From the NCBI GenBank assembly GCA_048938445.1, contig JBHLME010000106.1, forward strand, positions 1-15,778: DNA of 15,778 nt, written 5' to 3'. The translations under genes and the position numbers were made by a program. This DNA is from Promethearchaeota archaeon (GTDB lineage Archaea > Asgardarchaeota > Lokiarchaeia > Sigyniarchaeales > SOKP01). Shown here piece after piece: positions 7,609-15,778 of this stretch. Position 1 is the first letter of the stretch. The number at the start of each line of letters is the position of its first letter. The notes under the pieces are model-generated. The model was not told where the DNA came from, searched no databases, and saw nothing but the letters and a program-made list of their open reading frames with translations.

Positions 7609-8346
7609 ATGTTCAGAAAAGATTTAGAATTTTTTAGATCAGAGGAAAATTGCAAAAGATTTATGGGTCAAAATCCTCCAGACCACCATAGATCCCCACC
7701 TCCGCCTCATTTCGGTGGACCTCCTCCTCTTGGACATGTACCCCCTTTTCCAGGTATTCATCCAAGAGCTCCAATACCTATGGGCAAAGATTCTTTTCAG
7801 GAAATAAGAGATTATATGCTATTATTAATAATTTCAGAACATTCAGAAGGCACAACTGGCTATCAATTACAAGAAAAATATCATTTTCCTAGAGGTACAC
7901 TTTTACGAACTCTCCAAGATTTAGAAGAAAAGGGATATTTACAAACTAAAGAAGAAATTATTGATGGTAGACCAAATAAGTTTTATTTAATCACTAATGA
8001 AGGGAAGAAATTTTTAGAGGAACTTAAATTAAAATGGGCAACCATCTTTGGAAGATTAGCAGAAATAAATCCAGAGAGTGGTATGAAATATATGTTAGAA
8101 AGTAAAATTGAAGAATTTGAAACTATTGAAGATGCAGATGATTTTTTTAGAGGTTTTAGATTTTGGTCAAAAGGAATGTTAAAAAATATTGAAAACAGAG
8201 TCAAGAAGTTTAAAATAGCAACAGCTCGTATAGATGAAATTATAAAAGAGATTGGAAACATGGAAACTTTAAATAAGAAAAAGTTAAGAGAATTGGTAAG
8301 GGAAACAGCTAGACGAATAGGGGAAGAAAATCTTAATAAAAAATGA
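7609..8346 (+). CDS. PadR-family winged-helix transcriptional regulator with a Pro/His-rich N-terminal extension
   Basis: LLIISEHSEGTTGYQL...PRGTLLRTLQDLEEKGYL...GRPNKFYLITNEGKKFLEEL is a typical PadR wHTH; C-terminal helical region follows. Confidence 0.85.
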   Translation: MFRKDLEFFRSEENCKRFMGQNPPDHHRSPPPPHFGGPPPLGHVPPFPGIHPRAPIPMGKDSFQEIRDYMLLLIISEHSEGTTGYQLQEKYHFPRGTLLRTLQDLEEKGYLQTKEEIIDGRPNKFYLITNEGKKFLEELKLKWATIFGRLAEINPESGMKYMLESKIEEFETIEDADDFFRGFRFWSKGMLKNIENRVKKFKIATARIDEIIKEIGNMETLNKKKLRELVRETARRIGEENLNKK

Positions 8347-8378
8347 AATAAAGAACAAAATTGGTTGATTAAAAAATT

Positions 8379-10163
8379 ATGAATTCACTACAAATGATTA
8401 TTAAATATTGGTTGAAGAGTAAAGGCATTTTCGTTAAAGCGTTAATTCTTCTAATTATTTCGACAATAATCCAACTTATCATCCCAATTTTTATAGGACA
8501 ACTCGTGGGTCGTTTAGATCCTAACTCGCCGAATCCGATGAGTATTACTGAATTATTCTTTTATTTTTTTATGATAATAGGTTTAGGTCTGGTAATATAT
8601 TTTATTTTTCGCTATTCACGAATATTAGGAGCACGGGTTTCCACAAATGCTTTGTACTTTGTCAGAAAAGACATTCACAATGCAATAAACCGCCAATCTT
8701 TTGCTTATTTTGATCAAATGGAATCTGGGAATCTAGTTGCACGAGCTACATCAGATGTAGAACAAACAGATATGATCTTTGGATTTGGCTTAGCCGTTGG
8801 AGTTCAAGGGGTAATACAGTTAATTGGTATTTTGTTTGCTGTATTTATACTAGGAACTCAGATGGTTTGGATATTCGTGATTCTTATTCCGTTGTCACTT
8901 ACAATTTCTTTAATTATTACTAAAAAAATGCGTCCAGTTTATTATGAGAGCCGTGAAGCGTTCGGAAAACTTACCAATACCATACGGGAGAATATTGTAG
9001 GTGCTCAAGTAGTTCGTATGTTTAGCATGCAAGAAAAGGAACTTCGGAAATTTAATGCAAATAATAAACGCTTTTATAAAGCTAGTGTGAGATCTGTGAA
9101 ATTAAATTCTCTTTATATGCCAATCAATTTCACATTAATAGGTTTGATGATAATATTAACCCTATTTGTTGGAGGAAACTTAGTAATCCAAGGTATTATA
9201 CCCTTATCAACTTTAATCACTGTCCAATCTTATATTGGGCTAACTATATTCCCACTTGTCATTCTAGGGCAAATTATGATCATGTATGTTCAAGCTGACG
9301 CGGCATTACGCCGAATACGAGAAGTTATTGAATCTTCCCCCGAAATCTTGGAGAAACCGAATTCTATAAGGGCAAAAAATCTTAAAGGAGAAGTAGAATT
9401 TGAAAATGTCTCCTTTGGATATACACCAAGCAACCGTGTACTCAAAAATTTAACATTTAAAGTACCTTCAGGTAAGAAAGTTGCCATCATTGGTACTACT
9501 GGCTCTGGAAAGTCCACAATCATCAACCTTATTCCACGTTTCTATGATGTAAGTGAGGGTTCCATTAAAATAGATGGTGTGGATGTTCGTGATTATAATA
9601 TAGCAGATTTACGTCGCAATATTGCAATTGTCTCTCAAGATACATTTCTTTTCGATAAAACTATAAAAGAAAATATTACATATGGGAAGGTAGAAGCAAC
9701 TATGGAAGAAGTGATAGAAGCAGCAAAAAATGCGAATATTCATGAATTCATATTAGAATTACCTGAAGGATATCAATCAATGGTGGGAGAGCGTGGTACA
9801 CGTCTCTCAGGAGGTCAGAAACAACGCCTAAGCATTGCTCGTGCAATAATTCTTAAGCCTAAGATTTTAGTTTTTGATGATTCCACCAGCTCTGTTGATG
9901 TAGAAACTGAATACAAGATCCAAAATGCTCTTGAACGTATTATGAAAAATACAACAACATTCATTATCACGCAACGCATATCTACCATTCGAAATGCAAA
10001 TGAGATCTTGGTTTTAGATAAAGGGCGGATTGTGGGTTATGGAACCCATGAAAGTTTGATTGAAAATAACGTGCTTTATCGGCAAATCTACGAAACTTTA
10101 TATCGTAAACAAAAGGAAATTGTTAAACCGATATTAAAAACAGAAGAGGGGGTTCGCAAATGA
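8379..10163 (+). CDS. ABC exporter TMD-NBD subunit A (degenerate-site half of a heterodimer)
   Basis: Six-TM domain, Walker A GTTGSGKST, signature LSGGQ, non-canonical Walker B ILVFDDS and switch IITQR (Q for H). Confidence 0.93.
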   Translation: MNSLQMIIKYWLKSKGIFVKALILLIISTIIQLIIPIFIGQLVGRLDPNSPNPMSITELFFYFFMIIGLGLVIYFIFRYSRILGARVSTNALYFVRKDIHNAINRQSFAYFDQMESGNLVARATSDVEQTDMIFGFGLAVGVQGVIQLIGILFAVFILGTQMVWIFVILIPLSLTISLIITKKMRPVYYESREAFGKLTNTIRENIVGAQVVRMFSMQEKELRKFNANNKRFYKASVRSVKLNSLYMPINFTLIGLMIILTLFVGGNLVIQGIIPLSTLITVQSYIGLTIFPLVILGQIMIMYVQADAALRRIREVIESSPEILEKPNSIRAKNLKGEVEFENVSFGYTPSNRVLKNLTFKVPSGKKVAIIGTTGSGKSTIINLIPRFYDVSEGSIKIDGVDVRDYNIADLRRNIAIVSQDTFLFDKTIKENITYGKVEATMEEVIEAAKNANIHEFILELPEGYQSMVGERGTRLSGGQKQRLSIARAIILKPKILVFDDSTSSVDVETEYKIQNALERIMKNTTTFIITQRISTIRNANEILVLDKGRIVGYGTHESLIENNVLYRQIYETLYRKQKEIVKPILKTEEGVRK

Positions 10164-12913
10164 GAAATAAAAAAGCTCGGGAGAAAATTAATAATACTCA
10201 AGAAGAATTTGATTCAGAAGAAGTAAAACGACTTGAAGAAATAGAAAAAGAAAGAGAATTACGCCCAAGAGGTCCAGAAGTGGGTGGGCATCGCGGCCCT
10301 ATGGCATTCACAGAAGGAAAAACTAAACTTGAGCATCCACGTAATGTTCTATGGCGGTGGATATTTTCATATCTTTTCAAACAAAAAAAATTATTCATTT
10401 TCTTTGTTATTTTAATTGTTGGTGGAACAATAATAAACTCCTATGGTGTCTTATTGACAAGGACTTTGATTGATTCTGGAATTGTCGCAGGAAATGCGTA
10501 TGTTGTATTGAACATTTCTCTCCTATATTTAACTTTGATGTTATTTATGGTCATCGGAAATTATTTTGGATCCTATGGTTTGGGAAAAATTGGTCAGGGT
10601 GTGGTTTTTTCGATGCGGAATGATGTATTTGAACAGCTTCAAAAAATGTCCATGTCATATTTTGATAAACACCCTTCTGGAGATGTAATATCTCGAGCAA
10701 CTAATGACGTAGACCAAATAAATTTATTGTTAGGTGGACAACTTGTCCAAATAATCACGAGTATAATTTCACTCGGATTAAATCTAATATTTATGTTCGT
10801 ATTGAGTCCTTTTCTATCGCTATTTGCTCTCGTTGTATTTCCTATCTTCTATTTATTAACAAAATGGTTCCGAAATCGCGTAATAGGTGCCTTTAAGGAT
10901 ACTCGTAAAAAGATTAGTAAAATGACTTCTTCTGTTCAAGAAAATATTGCAGGGGCTAAGACCGTTCAAGCATTTGGGCAAGAAAAAAAAGCTACAGAAG
11001 AGTTTGACCAAGCTAATATAGAAAATGCTGAAGCTTCATTTCGAGCTCGTAGGATTTTTGCAACCTTTTTTCCACTCATAACTTTTATGTCCTCAGTTTT
11101 AACCGCAAGTGTTTTAGTAATTGGAGGATATGTAAATATAATAAATTTCGCTCCTTTTGGAATTACCATTACTGTAGGAATTCTGGCAGCTTTCATCCAA
11201 TATATGTCATCTTTTTTCCAACCATTTATGACTCTTACTCAAATCCAACAAATAATAGAAAGTGCAATGGCCTCTGCTGATCGGATTTATGGTATCCTGG
11301 AAGAAGAAGTCGACCTACCTGATCCTGAACAGCCTGTTGAAATAAAGGAACCAAAAGGATCAATTGAGTTCGAGGATGTAAGTTTTGGATACATATTCGA
11401 TGAAACTCAAAAAATAGATAGCTCACCTAATTCCAAGATTTTAAAAATCTCTAAACCTTCAAAAGCACCCCATGGAATAACAGGAGGTTTTAATCCTAGT
11501 CAGTTGATGGAACGAGTGCAAGAATTCTTTTTAACCCTCCCAGAACCTTACAAATCATTCCTTTTGCAAAATATAATGCAAATCCCTCAAGCTATTAGGC
11601 AAGAAATGATAGTAGATTTAATAGGAACACTCCCCGAGAAAATCCCCGTTAAAATCAATGCAATTTTTGCTAAATATGGATACGCAATCCCTGGGACTCA
11701 ATATTCAAAAGATCATCCGCTTTTGAAAACAACTCTGCTCGAAACATCCATACCCTCAATGATAGCAATGACAGCAGGACAAATCCCACAAGTAGAATCT
11801 CAAAATTTAAGCTTTAAAACTACAAAGGAATTCGAGGAAGGTAATAAAGTTGAGACGCAACATTTACCACCATTCTTACGGGAAATTTTAAATAATCCCG
11901 AGATGTTAAATCGAATGGTGCGGGGATTAGAAACAACTTTAAAAGGAAATTCAAGAATACTTAGTAGTGGAGGCGGAGGAAGCGGAATGGGAGGTGAAAC
12001 AGGTGGAATGATGGGTGGTAGTGCCAGTATGGGCGGTCTCATGAATACTGCACGACTGCTTAGAATGTTAGCGACTTTATCCTTGCCTGATGACATTACA
12101 AATAATTTTCCTGAAATTGTAAAGAAAGCAATTGAAGAAGAGCAAATTCGTTTAGAACATGAAGCTACAATAGGCTATGTCTTAAGACATGTTATTCTGA
12201 AAATAGATGAGGGGAAGACTATCGCCATCGTTGGAAAAACTGGAGCTGGTAAAACCACTTTTATCAAATTAATTTGTCGGTTTTATGATATTACTGATGG
12301 TAATGTCTTAATTGATAATGTAGATGTTAAAAATTTGGATAAAAAACATCTTCGTAATTTAATTGGTCTTGTACCCCAAGATTCATTCCTCTTTACAGGA
12401 ACTATTCGGGAGAACTTGCTATATGGATACGATGATGAAGAACCAAGTGCAGAAATGGAAGAAAAAAGGGAGGCAAAAATGATTGAAGTTTCAAAATTTT
12501 TAGGGCTCCATAACTTTATTGAAACACTCCCGAAAAAATATTATACAAAATTAAAGGAAAATGCCTCCAATATTTCTATTGGACAGCGACAACTTATCGC
12601 CTTCGCAAGAGCCCTTATTCAAAATCCAAGGATATTAGTACTTGATGAAGCAACCTCTTCCGTTGATCCCTACACGGAATCTTTGATTCAAGATGCCCTC
12701 GATAGAGCCAGAGAAGGAAGAACCACAATTATCATAGCACATCGCTTATCTACCATTAAAAACGCAGACTGGATTGTGGTTCTCGATCAAGATAAAAAAG
12801 GTATTGTAGAACAGGGCACTCATGAACAGTTGGTTGCAAAGAAAGATGGAGTTTACAAGCATCTTCTGGACATGCAATACAAGGATATCGAAGTTGAAGA
12901 TACTCAAATATGA
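10160..12913 (+). CDS. ABC exporter TMD-NBD subunit B (consensus catalytic half) with a ~260 aa insertion in the NBD
   Basis: ATGA overlap with subunit A. Walker A GKTGAGKTT, degenerate signature ISIGQ, Walker B ILVLDEATS and switch IIAHR; 917 aa. Confidence 0.92.
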   Translation: MRNKKAREKINNTQEEFDSEEVKRLEEIEKERELRPRGPEVGGHRGPMAFTEGKTKLEHPRNVLWRWIFSYLFKQKKLFIFFVILIVGGTIINSYGVLLTRTLIDSGIVAGNAYVVLNISLLYLTLMLFMVIGNYFGSYGLGKIGQGVVFSMRNDVFEQLQKMSMSYFDKHPSGDVISRATNDVDQINLLLGGQLVQIITSIISLGLNLIFMFVLSPFLSLFALVVFPIFYLLTKWFRNRVIGAFKDTRKKISKMTSSVQENIAGAKTVQAFGQEKKATEEFDQANIENAEASFRARRIFATFFPLITFMSSVLTASVLVIGGYVNIINFAPFGITITVGILAAFIQYMSSFFQPFMTLTQIQQIIESAMASADRIYGILEEEVDLPDPEQPVEIKEPKGSIEFEDVSFGYIFDETQKIDSSPNSKILKISKPSKAPHGITGGFNPSQLMERVQEFFLTLPEPYKSFLLQNIMQIPQAIRQEMIVDLIGTLPEKIPVKINAIFAKYGYAIPGTQYSKDHPLLKTTLLETSIPSMIAMTAGQIPQVESQNLSFKTTKEFEEGNKVETQHLPPFLREILNNPEMLNRMVRGLETTLKGNSRILSSGGGGSGMGGETGGMMGGSASMGGLMNTARLLRMLATLSLPDDITNNFPEIVKKAIEEEQIRLEHEATIGYVLRHVILKIDEGKTIAIVGKTGAGKTTFIKLICRFYDITDGNVLIDNVDVKNLDKKHLRNLIGLVPQDSFLFTGTIRENLLYGYDDEEPSAEMEEKREAKMIEVSKFLGLHNFIETLPKKYYTKLKENASNISIGQRQLIAFARALIQNPRILVLDEATSSVDPYTESLIQDALDRAREGRTTIIIAHRLSTIKNADWIVVLDQDKKGIVEQGTHEQLVAKKDGVYKHLLDMQYKDIEVEDTQI

Positions 12914-12977
12914 ACAAAAAAAAAATTAAAAAATTTAAGAGAAAACTTTTATTAGCTGAAGAAATAATAAATTTAAC

Positions 12978-13718
12978 TTAGATATTTAAGAAAATTGATA
13001 TTATCAATGCAATTAAAATACCAAATATACTAAGGATCAATGCCTTTGCAGAAGGGCTTTTTTCATGAACATCAGGCAATAAATCACTAGCTCCTAAATA
13101 TAAAAAACCACCGGCAAAAAAAGGTAGGATAAAAATGAGAATGATCTCAGGGAAACTAAAGAAAAAAGTCACAAGAACTCCTAATATAGGAGTACAAGCG
13201 TCTAAAAGTAACATTTTTAAGGTTGATTTAAGAGAATTTCCCGATTTTAACATCAAGGTTGCGGTATTTAATCCGTCTGAAAAATCATGAGAAATTACTG
13301 CGATTGCGACAATAATTCCAACTGAAAAGTTGAATTGAAACCCTATACCTATAGCAAAACCGTCCATAAAACTATGAGCCGATAATTCAAATGCCCCATA
13401 AAACCCACCTTTAGGATGTCGTACATTCTTACAAACATCTTCCTCACATATTTTATGAACAGAAATATAACGTTCAAGTATAAATAAAAAAACAAAACCT
13501 AAAGCAACTATATACATAACGATTTCTAACGAAATATTCATTTTATTTGCTAAATTTAAAGATTCTGGTAATAGTTCGAATAAAGGAACTCCAATAAGAA
13601 CTCCTGCTGCTAAAGCAGTAAAATATTCGAGTCGTAAGCGAAATTTAGTTGCTAAAATTCCACCAGCGAAAGTAGAAAAAAAAGTTATAATAGTCAATAA
13701 GAGTGCATAAATATTCAT
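12978..13718 (-). CDS. ZIP-family (ZupT-like) divalent metal transporter
   Basis: Motifs LAAGVLIG..LFELLPES, TM4 HSFMDG, TM5 HDFSDG and FAGGFLYLGASDLLP. ATG 13718 is preferred over TTG 13745. Confidence 0.9.
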   Translation of the reverse strand: MNIYALLLTIITFFSTFAGGILATKFRLRLEYFTALAAGVLIGVPLFELLPESLNLANKMNISLEIVMYIVALGFVFLFILERYISVHKICEEDVCKNVRHPKGGFYGAFELSAHSFMDGFAIGIGFQFNFSVGIIVAIAVISHDFSDGLNTATLMLKSGNSLKSTLKMLLLDACTPILGVLVTFFFSFPEIILIFILPFFAGGFLYLGASDLLPDVHEKSPSAKALILSIFGILIALIISIFLNI

Positions 13719-13927
13719 ATAGGCGATATTTAGGGAATAATTCAATTAAATATTTCTCTATTAATTTATAAGCATGGGATGAATTATTAGTAATTCTGAG
13801 TTAAAGCAAAATTAAATGGAACTTTTTACTCAATCAATAATTTAAGGAAAATGGGTGCAACCCTAAAATTTAGCTTGTAAAAAACAAAACCAAAAATCAA
13901 ATAAATGCTAAAATTAATTGTCCAAAT

Positions 13928-14530
13928 TTAAACCCTTAGCGAGCCACGGAATCCCCTAACACTATAGAAAGAGGGCGCACTGTTATGATACACGAATACA
14001 TGGTCGTAGCGGCGATCACAAAAAATTGCACCGCCGAGTTTTCTAATATCAGAAGGTGTTTTAACCCAGCTCGACGTCTTCATGTCGAAATTTCCAAGTT
14101 TCTGCAACTCTCGATATTGTTCTTCCGTTAAAAGCTCAATGCCCATAGCTGCAGCCATATCAATAGCATTACCTTCTGGATGCACTCCTTTCTTTTCCCT
14201 CGCCTCCTGCCCTTCATGGTCGTAACAAATATTTCTGCGGCCTTTAGGACTTTCCGCTGAAAAATCATAAAAAATGTATTCACCCGTCTTTTTATCATAA
14301 CTAAAAACATCCGGTTCACCGCCAGTTCTTTCCATTTCATTGAGTGACCACAATTTTTCAGTATTTGCTTCCAGCTTTGCTTGTACTTTAGCCCATTCAA
14401 GACTTTCATGACGGTTCATATTTTTCTCAAAACGGCCTTTCAATGCTATGAGTAGTTCTTCACGTTGTTCTGGTGACAATTCTTTTTTGAATTCAGTAAT
14501 TGATGGTTTGTGCATAATCTTGGTATTCAT
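13928..14530 (-). CDS. DUF4256-domain protein (bacterial-type conserved hypothetical)
   Basis: Recognised from memory: LKxRFEKNMNRH..LEW.KVQAKLEAN.EKLWSLNEMERTGGEPDV...SAESPKGRR..CYD...KTSSWVKTP.DIRKLGGAIFCDRRY..VFVYHN.A.S.Y..RGFRGSLRV. Confidence 0.85.
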   Translation of the reverse strand: MNTKIMHKPSITEFKKELSPEQREELLIALKGRFEKNMNRHESLEWAKVQAKLEANTEKLWSLNEMERTGGEPDVFSYDKKTGEYIFYDFSAESPKGRRNICYDHEGQEAREKKGVHPEGNAIDMAAAMGIELLTEEQYRELQKLGNFDMKTSSWVKTPSDIRKLGGAIFCDRRYDHVFVYHNSAPSFYSVRGFRGSLRV

Positions 14531-14553
14531 CCTGAGTATATAAAATTATTTAG

Positions 14554-14646
14554 GCAAGGAAGGGTAATTTTTGTCCTAATTGCGGTGAAAAATTAGAAAA
14601 CAATCGACTTAATATCTGTTCTTACTGTGTTTCTAAAATTAATTAG
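14554..14646 (+). pseudogene. Orphan C-terminal double zinc-ribbon fragment
   Basis: ARKGNFCPNCGEKLENNRLNICSYCVSKIN*, with CPNCG and CSYC motifs, an in-frame TAG at 14551 and no start codon. Confidence 0.6.
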
Positions 14647-14790
14647 TTTATATGTTTTTTTTGGTTGTTTTCTTTAAATACATAAGTTAGAAGATCGTTC
14701 AATTGTTTATGAATAATTTTGGATAATGGATTAAAAATTGATATGACTTTAATTAAGTGATTTTTGAGTTGCAAAAACTTTTTATATTAA

Positions 14791-14842
14791 TGAACATTGA
14801 TAGCTAACACTGTTATCTAACAATGTTACCTAACATCGTTAA
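14791..14842. repeat. Four tandem 13-bp units, each a TAACA-N-TGTTA-like palindrome (putative operator array)
   Basis: tgaacattgatag / ctaacactgttat / ctaacaatgttac / ctaacatcgttaa, lying between a TATA-like TTTATATT (14781-14788) and the ATG at 14861. Confidence 0.8.
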
Positions 14843-14860
14843 CAAGTCAAATGAATAATT

Positions 14861-15778
14861 ATGTCAGCAATTAAAAAGATATATAATGAAATTGAAGAAA
14901 TCGTAGGTTCTGATTTTATTACGGATAAAGATTTTATGAAAGCTGCGTATTCAAGAAATGTTGATCCTGCATTTCCAGATAGATGGGCGGATATAATAGT
15001 TCGCCCAGAGAGTACCGAAGAAATTTCAGATATTATGAAAATCTCAAATAAATATAAAATTCCTATAGTTCCTAGAGGAGGTGGTGCTGACTTAGTTGGT
15101 GGATCTGTTTCAGAGGGAGGTATATTACTTGATATTTCAAGAATGAATAAAATCATTGAGATTAATGAAACAAATTTTTATTGTGTAGTTGAATGTGGCA
15201 TTACTTGGGGTGAATTAACATCAATTTTACATGAAAAAGGATTAACAACTGGGATGGTCGGTCCAGGAAGTGGATATGCCGCGACTGTTGGAGGTGCGCT
15301 TTCTAATAGCACTGCGGGTTATGGTTCTACAAAGTACGGTTTAGCTTCAGATATTTGTTTAGGAGTCGAAGTAGTTTTACCTAATGCTGAAGGATCAACT
15401 ATAAGGACAGGATCCGGAGCTAATAAATATGCAGAACCATTTTGCAGGTATGGTATTGCTCCAGATTTTACAGGATTGTTTCTTGGTGATGCTGGAACAA
15501 TGGGAATTAAAACTAAAGCATTTCTAAAATTATTTCCACTACAACCTATTAAGAAATTAAAAACTTACATGTTAACCAAGAATAATAATAAAATATTAGT
15601 AAAAATATTATATAGGTTACAAACAGAAATTAGGGATGGAATTTATGACCTTATGGTCATTCCATTGATCATGGTCAGATTAACTGCTAGTTCAGTTAAA
15701 AATAAGCCGAAAACATCCCCTAAATTAAGAGGTCCTATTTTTTCAATAGTATTAGAAGCCGTAGACCAGAAAATTTTA
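14861..15778 (+). CDS. FAD-binding oxidoreductase, GlcD/D-lactate dehydrogenase (VAO/PCMH) family; 3'-truncated by the window end
   Basis: Hand translation MSAIKKIYNEIEEIVG...DIIVRPESTEEISDIMKISNKYKIPIVPRGGGADLVGGSV..GGILLDISRMNKIIEI...VECGITW...ATVGGALS...KYG..DICLGVEVVLP...DFTGLFLGDAGTMGIKT. The frame stays open to the edge. Confidence 0.92.
   Translation, partial: MSAIKKIYNEIEEIVGSDFITDKDFMKAAYSRNVDPAFPDRWADIIVRPESTEEISDIMKISNKYKIPIVPRGGGADLVGGSVSEGGILLDISRMNKIIEINETNFYCVVECGITWGELTSILHEKGLTTGMVGPGSGYAATVGGALSNSTAGYGSTKYGLASDICLGVEVVLPNAEGSTIRTGSGANKYAEPFCRYGIAPDFTGLFLGDAGTMGIKTKAFLKLFPLQPIKKLKTYMLTKNNNKILVKILYRLQTEIRDGIYDLMVIPLIMVRLTASSVKNKPKTSPKLRGPIFSIVLEAVDQKIL

Noticed and set aside
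11393-12178. ABC insertion as an intein or intron
   Set aside because: There is no Cys/Ser start with a His-Asn end and no LAGLIDADG blocks, and the frame is open throughout.
8344-12913. TGA ends of padR and both ABC subunits as Sec or genome-wide UGA reassignment
   Set aside because: They fall at natural protein ends (one is an ATGA overlap), not at Cys positions, with no SECIS seen nearby. Trp is encoded by TGG throughout.
13853-13863. GGGTGCAACCC mini-hairpin as an IS200/IS605 end or REP
   Set aside because: It has only a 3-4 bp stem, occurs once, and has no transposase or TnpB nearby.
14791-14842. CRISPR array
   Set aside because: The units are 13 bp and abut with no spacers, and there are no cas genes.
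14839-15156. Minus-strand 105 aa ORF and other short overlapping ORFs (366-551, 1273-1530, 2531-2764, 3444-3695, 4844-5047, 5451-5633, 7983-8261, 9290-9526, 10198-10398, 10966-11196, 11235-11426, 11800-12096, 14128-14409)
   Set aside because: They are antisense or alternate-frame shadows of better-supported genes and carry no recognisable motifs.

Overview
AT-rich archaeal window, most consistent with an Asgard (Lokiarchaeia-like) genome; this is inferred from the eukaryote-type SECIS, archaeal TATA/BRE promoters and gene content. The main hidden feature is a minus-strand hdrA-vhuD(mvhD) selenoprotein operon that the ORF track fragments or misses. HdrA (5343->3376, 655 aa) and VhuD (3371->2931, 146 aa) each have two in-frame UGA codons at conserved Cys positions. 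One K-turn AUGA...GA SECIS hairpin overlaps the vhuD stop codon and sits in a possible three-way junction. Downstream lie three tandem paralogs of an unrecognised, internally duplicated (about 2x4 TM) membrane protein family. The window also holds pyrF, a moeA remnant, and a PadR regulator with two identical palindromic operators ahead of a heterodimeric ABC exporter whose second subunit has a ~260 aa insertion in its NBD. Further right are a ZIP transporter, a bacterial-like DUF4256 gene beside a zinc-ribbon remnant, and a truncated GlcD-like FAD oxidoreductase preceded by four tandem 13-bp palindromic boxes.
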